Below, in pieces: positions 1 to 8,760 of a stretch of 64,000 bases of DNA. The position numbers and the translations under genes are program-made. The notes under the pieces were generated by a model. The model ran no database searches. It saw only the letters and a program-made list of their open reading frames with translations, and was not told the origin of the DNA. Origin of the DNA: a virus. Its lineage: Duplodnaviria > Heunggongvirae > Uroviricota > Caudoviricetes. Position 1 is the first letter of the stretch; each line of letters opens with the position of its first letter. Where the stretch lies: the IMG/VR virus record IMGVR_UViG_3300025162_001855; one strand, given 5' to 3'.

Positions 1-164
1 TCTGTCAACCGTAATACTATGTTAAATTGATCGGACGGGATTTCTTCCTCGTCGATGCCCATAAGCATCATCAACTCACCGCTCGAAATCGACTCAACTC
101 CCTGCATCTTAAGTTGATACAGCACCGATAAAATTTGGTCGTTTGTTTCGTCTCGGTCGGTCAT
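1..164 (-). CDS. hypothetical protein, truncated by window edge (MTDRDETNDQILSVLYQLKMQGVES...)
   Basis: ATG at 164 overlaps the TGA of the upstream gene (ATGA); open to base 1. Confidence 0.55.
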   Translation of the reverse strand, partial: MTDRDETNDQILSVLYQLKMQGVESISSGELMMLMGIDEEEIPSDQFNIVLRLT

Positions 165-493
165 GTAAGTTCATCTCCTGTGAAAGAACGCTCGGATAAG
201 CGGCAGCGGATAATAAAATGGGATGCACGATCCTTCTTGGCGCTTGAATAATATTTACCAAAGCGATCCAACTTAAACCACCTAAGTCGAACGGGGAAGA
301 TCTTAGCAATCTCCTTGGCATTGCGATGGTTTTCCGGTGTATATTTAATCGGCTTGGTATTCCAAATCTGTGTTGGATCACTCCAAATTTTCTCCTCAGC
401 CTCATTGCGCAAGCATTGGTTCAACCACTCTTGCTGTTCGGGTGTGAGTAGTAGGAAACGAGATGATGGATCGGAGATGGATACTTCAATCAT
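161..493 (-). CDS. hypothetical protein, tandem family member 1
   Basis: ORF coupled by ATGA overlap; RFxLLTxxQxxWL motif. Confidence 0.7.
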   Translation of the reverse strand: MIEVSISDPSSRFLLLTPEQQEWLNQCLRNEAEEKIWSDPTQIWNTKPIKYTPENHRNAKEIAKIFPVRLRWFKLDRFGKYYSSAKKDRASHFIIRCRLSERSFTGDELT

Positions 494-822
494 AGTTTAA
501 AGGATTTTAAAATCTCTTTCAAAACCATCTCATCGATTTCTTTCTGAATCTCTTCGGACATTATAGCTGTTACCTCGGCCTCGAGATCAATTTCGTCGCT
601 GCGCCGGAACGAAAACGCCGGTTTTTCGTAATTATGTTTTACGAGCACATCAAAATATCTATTGATGCGGTCAAATATTTCTAGATTTTCGGCTGTACTC
701 GAAATCCACAATACACGATCGTATCTAGATATATGCATATCCAGCCAATGGTTCTGCTCAGTGGTGAGCAGTGTAAAGCGGACCATCTTGTTATCGACAG
801 AATACCGGTTTTCTTCGTTCAT
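490..822 (-). CDS. hypothetical protein, tandem family member 2
   Basis: ATGA-coupled ORF; RFTLLTTEQNHWL. Confidence 0.7.
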   Translation of the reverse strand: MNEENRYSVDNKMVRFTLLTTEQNHWLDMHISRYDRVLWISSTAENLEIFDRINRYFDVLVKHNYEKPAFSFRRSDEIDLEAEVTAIMSEEIQKEIDEMVLKEILKSFKL

Positions 823-1082
823 GGCCAGAACTTAAACAGTTTGCCATCGGGGGACAATATCCACGCAAATTGCAATGAGAGTTTCTTGGCAATAGCTTGA
901 GCCATTTTTCTATTGTACCTAGTGTTCTTAACCCACTCACTCTTAATGCGAAAAAAATCACCGGCTCCCACCGGAGGCCAATTCCTATTAAGCCACCCAA
1001 CTTCTCGTGCTGTGAACAAACTAAACCGTAAGAACGGATCCTCCATAATACCACGTAAATTCGATTCGCGTTCGATAATCAT
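819..1082 (-). CDS. hypothetical protein, tandem family member 3
   Basis: coupled ORF; RFSLFTAREVGWLN. Confidence 0.7.
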   Translation of the reverse strand: MIIERESNLRGIMEDPFLRFSLFTAREVGWLNRNWPPVGAGDFFRIKSEWVKNTRYNRKMAQAIAKKLSLQFAWILSPDGKLFKFWP

Positions 1083-1372
1083 ATGTAAAACCTAAACTCT
1101 CCATTGATATGGTCTGCTGCGGTTGCAGGCGCGATATCAAGCCTCTTGGCAATACGTTCCAACATTTGGTAGTTATAGCGCGATGCTTTGATTGGTAAAC
1201 TGGCACTAGTCTGAGTTATCAACCAATCGCCCAAGGGCCAATACTTGTTCAACCAATGATTCTGAATTGGAGTCAAAGCACCGAATCGTAGAAACGAATC
1301 GTTAATTCGTTCTCTCCTTTTTGCCGCTATACCCACTGGAATCGTCTCGATGTCTATGTGATACTTGGCCAC
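1079..1372 (-). CDS. hypothetical protein, tandem family member 4
   Basis: RFGALTPIQNHWLN. Confidence 0.7.
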   Translation of the reverse strand: MAKYHIDIETIPVGIAAKRRERINDSFLRFGALTPIQNHWLNKYWPLGDWLITQTSASLPIKASRYNYQMLERIAKRLDIAPATAADHINGEFRFYI

Positions 1373-1866
1373 TTCACCACCCGTACCTTAACGCCGGCTT
1401 CTTCGAGCATTTTACCCGAATATGTCAATTGATAATGTGTCCCAACACCTTTACCACCAAATGGAATGTTCGGTCCGATGATCTCCTTGATGCCAGTTTG
1501 AATCATTGCCCGTGTGCAATCGGCGCACATTGCTTCTGGTTCAAAATTGAGATACATCTTGCTACCGGCTAGTTTGGTACCATTGCGTGCTGCATTGTAG
1601 ATGGCATTTCTTTCGGCGTGTTCGGTCCATGAATATTTCTCCGGGCGATCCCACCGTGTAAATCGAATGTCTCCCAATGCTTCCTTATGGGTGTATTGGT
1701 GCCACTCAAACTCATCTTCGATGATACCGCGTGGGAACCCGTTGTATCCCATCGACAGGACAACGTTATCATCACTGACAATAACGCATCCCACCTTGGT
1801 ACTTGGATCCTTGCTCTTCTCGGCAATTAGCATTGCCTGTCGAATAAACAATTCGTCCCATTTCAC
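1354..1866 (-). CDS. dCMP deaminase
   Basis: SKDPSTKVGCVIV, GYNG, HAERNAI and CADC zinc-binding motifs. Confidence 0.93.
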   Translation of the reverse strand: MKWDELFIRQAMLIAEKSKDPSTKVGCVIVSDDNVVLSMGYNGFPRGIIEDEFEWHQYTHKEALGDIRFTRWDRPEKYSWTEHAERNAIYNAARNGTKLAGSKMYLNFEPEAMCADCTRAMIQTGIKEIIGPNIPFGGKGVGTHYQLTYSGKMLEEAGVKVRVVKWPSIT

Positions 1867-2489
1867 TTGTGTCCGCCTTTATAGAAGATGTGCCTTCCAA
1901 TCCTTGCCACAATATTGTCATCGTTCCAATTGGGTTCAACGTATGTGGCATGGAAATATAGTGCTTCCTTTGCTTCCGGTGATCGAGTACCAAGCAACAG
2001 CACATTGGCTGCGGCCTTGCGTGCCTCTTCATACATCGCCGGCATTACCTTGGGGACCCGATCCATGCAAGTCCAACTGAATTGACACCCGGTCTCAGTA
2101 TGCTGATAAACAACTCCACAAACCGACTTGGGGAATGCTGGATTCCTCATCCGATTTACGGTTACTGTTGCCACAGCCACCTTACCTTCATACGGCTCGG
2201 TTCCGGCTTCGTAGTACACATTATCGGTGAGGCATTTTAGCTCGGCCTGTGTCCTCTCGTTCTTGACAGCCATCTTGGATGCTGCTTGAAGTCGAAGAGC
2301 TAGGTCGTCCATTTGTGCTTGTGTGCTTGACCGATATTCATCATATTCACTGCTAATGCTGTGAAGTTGTCTTTCACTCTGAAGGACTGCTCTGCCGGGC
2401 ACATAGATACAGAAGAATGAGAATAATACAATTCCCAATACTTTAAGCATCAACTGCTTCTGGCTCTCTCTATCGCAATCTGTAGTCAT
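1863..2489 (-). CDS. SleB/CwlJ-like cell wall hydrolase with N-terminal membrane anchor
   Basis: CLTDNVYYEA...VAVATVTVNR...CQFSW...IGRHIFY; AGGAGG RBS. Confidence 0.9.
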   Translation of the reverse strand: MTTDCDRESQKQLMLKVLGIVLFSFFCIYVPGRAVLQSERQLHSISSEYDEYRSSTQAQMDDLALRLQAASKMAVKNERTQAELKCLTDNVYYEAGTEPYEGKVAVATVTVNRMRNPAFPKSVCGVVYQHTETGCQFSWTCMDRVPKVMPAMYEEARKAAANVLLLGTRSPEAKEALYFHATYVEPNWNDDNIVARIGRHIFYKGGHK

Positions 2490-2621
2490 CGTTAGTTACC
2501 TCCTAAGGCTGTCAGATTGTTCGAAGACAAAAAAGGGCGATGTGCTTCATCAGTACAATCGCCCTGCTTGTCTATACTGTATTTAGTAACACAGGACGTC
2601 GAATTCCAACATTGCTATAGA

Positions 2622-2650
2622 ATTATAGCAGTGTTACAGGTACTTTGCAA
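2622..2650 (-). promoter_or_regulatory. sigma70-like promoter TTGCAA-17-TATAAT upstream of the wall hydrolase; a CTAAATA late-type motif also lies at about 2580-2586
   Basis: motifs read directly. Confidence 0.65.
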
Positions 2651-2661
2651 GCGGTTTTTGA

Positions 2662-3453
2662 TTAAGCTAGTTTAAAATTGGACAATTCGCCCAATTGATC
2701 AAACAAATCCGTGGTGACCATCGGCATAGAATTGGTTGATAGTGTTCTTGTGACGACATCTGTAACAGTTGGAACCACAGTAACGTTCAATCCAAATGCG
2801 TCGCTGATCATCTTCACCAACTCACCTTTGGTAACTGTGTTCGGAGAGAAGATGTGCTGCACCCCTTCCCAATATGCACCCGATTCAATTACTCGTTCAA
2901 TTACCTTGCACAGTTCGAGGCAGGTGACACCATTCCAATCGTGATACACGTACCCCTGTACTTCCTTACCGGCTTGGGACTTAACCCATTCGATTAAGGA
3001 TAGCTTGTTTTCGTACTCTTCACCAATAATCGAAGTACGGATAATGGTCAACTTTGGATGTTCACCAAGTGACTTTGTCTTTCCATATTCGTCAGTGCAA
3101 TCGTGTAGCGACGTTTCTGTGTAATCGCCATCGCGTCCACTGAACACGCAATCGGTAGTGATATGGATAATTTCGGCACCAAGCTCTTCTTTGAGCTTAC
3201 CGAGCATCTGTGGGAATACTGTGTTGACTGCAACGAGGTCCAAAACTTTTGGATTGCGTTGCTTAATAAGTCCGGCGGCATTGATGATAAGATCGGGCTT
3301 GTGCTTTTTGACAAACCGCTTCAATGCCACTTCCGTAAGTTCCAACAAATCGAGTTCCTTCCGTGTTACCGGAATAACTGTATGCCGATCTTGGAAGTCC
3401 GTTACCAAATAACGCCCAAGCATTCCATTTGCACCAAAAATCATGATTTTCAT
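2662..3453 (-). CDS. RmlD-like NDP-4-keto-6-deoxyhexose reductase (extended SDR)
   Basis: start MKIMIFGANGMLG; INAAG, HITTDCVFSG, YGKTK; ATGA overlap with upstream gene. Confidence 0.88.
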   Translation of the reverse strand: MKIMIFGANGMLGRYLVTDFQDRHTVIPVTRKELDLLELTEVALKRFVKKHKPDLIINAAGLIKQRNPKVLDLVAVNTVFPQMLGKLKEELGAEIIHITTDCVFSGRDGDYTETSLHDCTDEYGKTKSLGEHPKLTIIRTSIIGEEYENKLSLIEWVKSQAGKEVQGYVYHDWNGVTCLELCKVIERVIESGAYWEGVQHIFSPNTVTKGELVKMISDAFGLNVTVVPTVTDVVTRTLSTNSMPMVTTDLFDQLGELSNFKLA

Positions 3454-4385
3454 TTGTAATCTCTCTTTTCCAAGTAACAGTGTAACTGTTCTTTTGAAAT
3501 AACGCAATCCTTAGATGAATATTCTCCGGATGGGAAATCTTCCACTTGCGTTGGTTGGTTCAAAGGATGGATCATGTAAATGTCATCGCCATCCCTAAAT
3601 GTTGTGCGCCGCACTTCTTCAGCCGAAATCATAATCTCGTGAATCTTCTCGCCCGAACGTGGCGCAGCAATAGTGTACTTCAAACCGTACAAGTCTCGGT
3701 ACAATTCGAACATATCTTCAATCCGGAAACTTAAGGCCATTGGCACCGTATTAACGCCGGTGTACCTCAACGACTTTTCGATGAGGTCCATGGCATCGGT
3801 TATGCTCAACATGAAACGGGTCATCTCGGTACCATACAATGTCAGCGTCGCATCATTCTCAATGGACTTCCAAATCAGTGGAATGATGCTGCCTGTACTA
3901 CCCATCACATTTCCGTAGATCGCAGTAGTCAGCCGCACGTTCGATTTAGATGCATTAGCGATAAACGCCTCTCCGGCAACAAACTTCATGGCGCCATAAA
4001 TGGTTGTTGCTGCGCGACTTTTATCACTGGAGATAAAGCAGGCCGATTCAAATTCATTCTCTTCGGCTACTCGGCGGCTGTTAAATGCCCCCTCGACAAT
4101 TACCTTGTTCGCTTCTTCGTAGTTGTCGTAACATGCTTCGATTTGTTTGAGAGATGCCGCAAATATTCCAATATCGTGTGAACGGCTGGATCGCTGCATA
4201 AGATCAAGATTACGAACATCTCCAACAATGAAATTGACATTTGGGTACGCCTTCTTTAGATAGTAGTGCTTTGCTTCGTCACGCGAATACACAGTGATTT
4301 CGTTGGTACTGTGCAATCGCTTAATAAGATTGGAGCCCAAATAGCCGGCTCCACCTGTAATAAAAATTCTCTTACCATTCACCAT
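3450..4385 (-). CDS. UDP-GlcNAc 4,6-dehydratase family (FnlA/PseB/CapD-like)
   Basis: ITGGAGYLG, SRDEAK, GDVR, ISSDK, YGAMK, YGNVMGSTGSIIP, MTRF, GEKIHE; GGAGG RBS before 4385. Confidence 0.9.
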   Translation of the reverse strand: MVNGKRIFITGGAGYLGSNLIKRLHSTNEITVYSRDEAKHYYLKKAYPNVNFIVGDVRNLDLMQRSSRSHDIGIFAASLKQIEACYDNYEEANKVIVEGAFNSRRVAEENEFESACFISSDKSRAATTIYGAMKFVAGEAFIANASKSNVRLTTAIYGNVMGSTGSIIPLIWKSIENDATLTLYGTEMTRFMLSITDAMDLIEKSLRYTGVNTVPMALSFRIEDMFELYRDLYGLKYTIAAPRSGEKIHEIMISAEEVRRTTFRDGDDIYMIHPLNQPTQVEDFPSGEYSSKDCVISKEQLHCYLEKRDYK

Positions 4386-5124
4386 AATCACCCTCCGAAC
4401 TCCCCCAACCGCCACAGATCCATGATGTTTGGATGAAGGGCCTGTGCTTAACAATCAAGTGAAACATTAGTGCTTCGTAATCTATGAATGCGACCTTGTC
4501 CCCGCCCTCAAAGTAGAACGGTGGGAATTGTTGTAGGCCGGCGTAGAAATGGTCGTAAAGGTCGTGTCCCACTGCATACGTTTGGGTTGGTGTCCACCAC
4601 ATTTGATTGTTGACAGCCATTTCTTTTGGATACCCCCAAGCGTCATTCCAGGGGAAAATTCGTAGTTGCTTGAACAAGTAGTTAGCTCGGTTCTGTTCAT
4701 TGAAATAGTCGAGGGAGAAGTCGACATAGAAATAACGACCGGATAGCTTGACCATGTAATCAAATTGCTTCACCTTATCCAAATAATTCTTTAGAAACAC
4801 AATCATCGAGCTTGCTTCGCATAACCCCTTAGTTGGATTTGTGCGGCACATTTCTGCTACACCCGGAGCCAACTCCTCGCACGAAATGTATTCGACGTTT
4901 GCTTTGTATGCTAGGTCCTTTTTGTACATCTCATGATTCTTGCTGATGTCAAACAGGTAAATCTGTGAACCCGGAGCAACTGCATTGATACTGTTGATCG
5001 AATACTGTGTTTGGCGGAAGCGTTCTTCTTGACTAAAGGCAGTACGCCGCACCGGACGACTAGTGAGCAATGGGGCATTGTTTTCAATGCCAATTGCCGA
5101 TGTTACAATGAAACACTTCTTCAT
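4372..5124 (-). CDS. putative glycosyltransferase-like protein, paralog A
   Basis: MKKCFIVTSAI..ERFRQT..KGLCE..KLSGRY; lies within the sugar cluster. Confidence 0.5.
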   Translation of the reverse strand: MKKCFIVTSAIGIENNAPLLTSRPVRRTAFSQEERFRQTQYSINSINAVAPGSQIYLFDISKNHEMYKKDLAYKANVEYISCEELAPGVAEMCRTNPTKGLCEASSMIVFLKNYLDKVKQFDYMVKLSGRYFYVDFSLDYFNEQNRANYLFKQLRIFPWNDAWGYPKEMAVNNQMWWTPTQTYAVGHDLYDHFYAGLQQFPPFYFEGGDKVAFIDYEALMFHLIVKHRPFIQTSWICGGWGSSEGDYGEW

Positions 5125-5870
5125 ACTTCGATGTGCTCGCCGGTGCTTGCTCCGAGACCGGCGCAGCGCCAATCAACTGTTACTAACTTATGCCCACGAA
5201 CAACATACAGATAAAAAAGTGGTTCGTAATCTATGGTTTTGTACAGTGCATAGGAATTTTCGTAACGTGTTGGCATTGCCTTCATGTCCTCACAGAATTT
5301 GACAAGGGCATAGCGTCCAATTGCGTATGTTACAGTGGGTGCCCAACGGTATTTGCCGTTATCATTGAGTTCGGCCGGCGCGCCCCAACTGTCACTCCAG
5401 TCCCACTCCCAAAAACGTTTGACTAGAAACTTGTCGAGATTTTCCTCGGTCAATACACTTGCATCAAATTTGGTGAACTCATATCGACCGGACATTTTGA
5501 CAATGTAGTCATATTCTCTTAGACGATCTGCGTACTTGGTGAGGAATGCTGCCATCAGCTTTGATTCACAATAGCCTTTGGATTCGTGCGTCTGGCAAAT
5601 CGTTTTCGTTTCCTCGTCCAATTTGACTACTTCAACATTTCTGAAAAATGTCAATTCGATGGGGGTTGACCGACCAACATCAACCACAAACATAGTGGCA
5701 TCGGGTTGGAATTTTGCAATGTTCAAAATAGTGTGCATTGTTTGCTCAAATCTTTCATTGGGCGTAAAGACGGAACGCATCATAGCATTGGTGCCATGTA
5801 GCGTATTGTCCTTTAATGCCATATCTCCGTCGATGTCAATCGCCGAGGTGATTACAAAACAAATTTTCAT
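5121..5870 (-). CDS. putative glycosyltransferase-like protein, paralog B
   Basis: MKICFVITSAI..ERFEQT..KGYCE..KMSGRY; colinear with 4372-5124. Confidence 0.5.
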   Translation of the reverse strand: MKICFVITSAIDIDGDMALKDNTLHGTNAMMRSVFTPNERFEQTMHTILNIAKFQPDATMFVVDVGRSTPIELTFFRNVEVVKLDEETKTICQTHESKGYCESKLMAAFLTKYADRLREYDYIVKMSGRYEFTKFDASVLTEENLDKFLVKRFWEWDWSDSWGAPAELNDNGKYRWAPTVTYAIGRYALVKFCEDMKAMPTRYENSYALYKTIDYEPLFYLYVVRGHKLVTVDWRCAGLGASTGEHIEV

Positions 5871-6052
5871 TTCTTAATATTGGGGGCTTTGACGATTCCA
5901 AATAAAACAATTGCAGCCAGCCATGTCCAAAAATTATATGGGATGGACAATGCTGGGAAAAGGGTATTCAACGACCAAACAATAAACAGCGGGCTGAGTA
6001 AAACAGTAAGAATGATGCCGAATACAATGCCGGCAAATGCAAAATTTTTCAT
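5867..6052 (-). CDS. small two-TM membrane protein
   Basis: hydrophobic ORF with GGAG RBS. Confidence 0.7.
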   Translation of the reverse strand: MKNFAFAGIVFGIILTVLLSPLFIVWSLNTLFPALSIPYNFWTWLAAIVLFGIVKAPNIKK

Positions 6053-6067
6053 AGAATCTCCTGTCAG

Positions 6068-6217
6068 CTATTTACTGCTGGGAGAGGGGTGGTACCAAAT
6101 AGTACCACCCCGTTTATTCAGGCGAAGAGTTCGAGTGCCGGCAACTAGGAATGCCTCAACTTCCTCAGGATTAGTTGGGCCGTGTGTGATATCGTCTTTG
6201 GTGATCTTTACCGTCAT
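6068..6217 (-). CDS. 49-aa ORF not in track (MTVKITKDDITHGPTNPEEVEAFLVAG...), probably leaderless
   Basis: ATG 6 nt after a TTGACC-17-TATACT promoter (6224-6252). Confidence 0.45.
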   Translation of the reverse strand: MTVKITKDDITHGPTNPEEVEAFLVAGTRTLRLNKRGGTIWYHPSPSSK

Positions 6218-6334
6218 AAAGACAGTATAGAGAAGGTACGCGGAACGGTCAAGCTCCGCGTACCCATTTCCTCAAGCGAAGATTTCCAATGCGGTTTCTC
6301 AGTCATTAAGATAAATAAGCACAGAGGAGAAATT

Positions 6335-7054
6335 ATGAAAATCTTACCATATGTATACCAACTTACACATACTGAAACTAACGAATTTTACATAGGAGTT
6401 AGATGGGGTAACAAAGTTCCGGCGTCAGATGATCTGGGCAAGAAATATTTTTCTTCGTCAGTTGAAACCAAGCCTCGCTTTTCAGAATTCATCCCCTTGA
6501 TAATTGCTGAATTTTTTGACAAAGAGGACGCTATAGAGTTTGAACAACAATTGATTACCGAACACTGGGGTAACCCTCTATTGTTAAATAAAGCTATTCA
6601 AGTATCAAAAACATTCAGGTGTTCCGGGCATTCGGAAGAGACTAAACAGAAAATGTCAAATTCAAAAAAAGGGAAGCCCCCAAATAATAAAGGAACAAAA
6701 TTGTCGGCTGAAAGGGTAGAACAGATAAGGAAAAGGGCTAGTGAATATCGGCACACCGATGAATCTATTGAAAAGATTCGCCAAAAAGCATTAGGTAACA
6801 AACGAGGAGTTGGCAACAAGAGTAGGACTGGTCAACAACAATCAGTAGATGAGCGATTGAAAAAGAGTGAGTCACTTAAAGGAGAAAAAAATCCAAATTT
6901 TGGAAAATCACTCTCAGAGTGGCAAAAAGAAATAATTAGGGCGGCTATGTTAAACCGCCCTAAGTTAAAATGTCCGCATTATTCTAAAGAACTGGATCCG
7001 GCGAACTATAAACGCTATCACGGTGATAAATGCAAATCACGCATAGATAGTTAA
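6335..7054 (+). CDS. free-standing GIY-YIG (Seg-like) homing endonuclease with NUMOD3 repeats
   Basis: PYVY...FYIGVR, YFSSS, HSEETKQKMS/HTDESIEKIR repeats; TAAATA and GAGGAG upstream of ATG 6335; inverted relative to neighbours. Confidence 0.85.
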   Translation: MKILPYVYQLTHTETNEFYIGVRWGNKVPASDDLGKKYFSSSVETKPRFSEFIPLIIAEFFDKEDAIEFEQQLITEHWGNPLLLNKAIQVSKTFRCSGHSEETKQKMSNSKKGKPPNNKGTKLSAERVEQIRKRASEYRHTDESIEKIRQKALGNKRGVGNKSRTGQQQSVDERLKKSESLKGEKNPNFGKSLSEWQKEIIRAAMLNRPKLKCPHYSKELDPANYKRYHGDKCKSRIDS

Positions 7055-7897
7055 GTGCGTACCGCACTCAACACAGAACTTGGCTGTTGCCTTATTCTGT
7101 CTGTTGCAGGACTTGCAACGTGGCTTCGACTTTACAGTCACCGGCGCTGTCACCGGCTTGTTCTCGGAATTTGCCCCAAGCAACTTGAGCACAATCGAAT
7201 GCTTCTCGTTTTCCATTGGGAACGAAGATGCTGTACCAAATGATTGTGTACTTTGGCTTCCTGGAACAGTGATGCCGGCGTCGTTTACGGATGCAGTCGA
7301 CGTAAAGGTGGTTTCGGTTGCAATGTTATTGGATACCGAACAACTAGTGTAGGAAACACTTTGTGAACTACCACCGGCTTCACTAACATTGCCCAAATTG
7401 TTCAACATCATTGATCGTACAATCCGATCACCATGCTTATGATTGAATCCGGTGTTCAATGGAGAATCAATCCAAGGATCCTTATCCCATGGGTGCTTCA
7501 GAGGATACTTGTCCATTGTATTTGGAATATAAGGTGGTGGTGCAATGTAGCGTTCGAATTGGTATTCGATACGAACAATGCCATCCTCAAGTTTGATACC
7601 ACGGTGCGCTTCCACTGCCCCACTGCGCTCAATGAATTTGAACTTGTTACCTTGTGTCAACGATCCGTTCTTTAGACTGCGTTCAAGGTCAATCTCTTGC
7701 CCTGGATAGAGAACAAATCCCTGCGGGGTGTGATTTTCACCATCGATATAAACGTTGAACAACATTCTAACGGAATTGAGGTTCTTGATGAGTAACGAGT
7801 ACTCTGCGCCAAAGGGCAGGTAGACGGTATCTTTGAACTCTCTTAGGATTTTGCCATTGGCCTTAACGCTGGCCACACATTTCGAATTAAACATCAT
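7037..7897 (-). CDS. hypothetical protein with C-terminal double zinc ribbon
   Basis: CKSC...FCVECG at C-terminus; AAGGAG RBS. Confidence 0.75.
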   Translation of the reverse strand: MMFNSKCVASVKANGKILREFKDTVYLPFGAEYSLLIKNLNSVRMLFNVYIDGENHTPQGFVLYPGQEIDLERSLKNGSLTQGNKFKFIERSGAVEAHRGIKLEDGIVRIEYQFERYIAPPPYIPNTMDKYPLKHPWDKDPWIDSPLNTGFNHKHGDRIVRSMMLNNLGNVSEAGGSSQSVSYTSCSVSNNIATETTFTSTASVNDAGITVPGSQSTQSFGTASSFPMENEKHSIVLKLLGANSENKPVTAPVTVKSKPRCKSCNRQNKATAKFCVECGTHLTIYA

Positions 7898-7974
7898 AGT
7901 ATCTCCTTCATACGGTACACAGAGTAAGTACCCAGGTTAAACTCTGTTGGTGTAGGACCTTCCTACAATACTAT

Positions 7975-8184
7975 TTAGCGGCGACGATTCAATGTGCTAA
8001 TAATATTGGCAAGATCGGTGTTCGAACGCCGAAGTGATCGTTCTGTGGCTACGAGTTTGGCTTCGAGTATAGCCATCTTCTCCAATATCATTGCGTACTT
8101 TGCTTCCAACACTACTATCTTTTTCTGTTCTTCCGTGACAGATTTTGTAATCGGTTTTGTGTCGTGTGAGTACATGTTCGTCAT
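7975..8184 (-). CDS. small coiled-coil protein
   Basis: heptad pattern; TAAATA 6 nt upstream of ATG. Confidence 0.65.
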   Translation of the reverse strand: MTNMYSHDTKPITKSVTEEQKKIVVLEAKYAMILEKMAILEAKLVATERSLRRSNTDLANIISTLNRRR

Positions 8185-8185
8185 A

Positions 8186-8413
8186 TCATTTATTTAGCAC
8201 AGTAATCGTTTCTAAAATAATATTGGGGAATTTGAGATGCAGCAAAATCTCATCCCGCTCATCTCGAGTGGTGATCATGATTCGGGGGATTGCATTGGAG
8301 TGGGAATAGTAGTCAAAGTCCGTAGTAACATCGACATTCAATCCACTGCCCGCTAGCCACTCTAGCGCGTCACTGCGAGGCCGATCAATAACCACCCACT
8401 TCTTCACAATCAT
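8186..8413 (-). CDS. hypothetical protein
   Basis: ORF coupled to upstream gene. Confidence 0.6.
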   Translation of the reverse strand: MIVKKWVVIDRPRSDALEWLAGSGLNVDVTTDFDYYSHSNAIPRIMITTRDERDEILLHLKFPNIILETITVLNK

Positions 8414-8733
8414 TGCTTGAATCTCAGTGTATTAAATGCCAACAAAATGTCGCGCTTGTCCTCGTTAACAGGATGGACTGCAACCGCAGTAATTCCAACA
8501 TCGAGATCGGGCTCACCAAAGCACTCATACGCATAAGAAAATTCATCAAGTATACGCATAACGGCCCATAGCCCGTCGCGATCGCGAACACCAATGCAAA
8601 CAAAAATGGTTTCATTGGCCTTAGCTTTCCGGCCCAATGTTGAACCAATCTTGTAGGCCACGTGGGCCGTTTGGACAAGTTGCTGCTCGGGTGTGAGATC
8701 TTGTCTTGTGAAAAAGTAAACGTATCGTTTCAT
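8410..8733 (-). CDS. Pth2-superfamily (peptidyl-tRNA hydrolase II-like) protein
   Basis: YFFTRQDL..QQLVQTAHV, FGEPD, ITAVAVHP match the PTH2 fold pattern; GGAG RBS; promoter TTGACG-17-TATGCT at 8753-8781. Confidence 0.7.
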   Translation of the reverse strand: MKRYVYFFTRQDLTPEQQLVQTAHVAYKIGSTLGRKAKANETIFVCIGVRDRDGLWAVMRILDEFSYAYECFGEPDLDVGITAVAVHPVNEDKRDILLAFNTLRFKQ

Positions 8734-8760
8734 TATGGTCTCCGAAAAATATAGCATACA

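Noticed and set aside
2521-2560. Hammerhead ribozyme (CUGAUGA present on the minus strand)
   Set aside because: No GAAA-stem III-UH arrangement; the pairing partner follows GAA directly.
6230-7060. Group I intron around the GIY-YIG gene
   Set aside because: The gene is antisense to its neighbours, no interrupted host gene is apparent, and no P7/conserved core was recognised.
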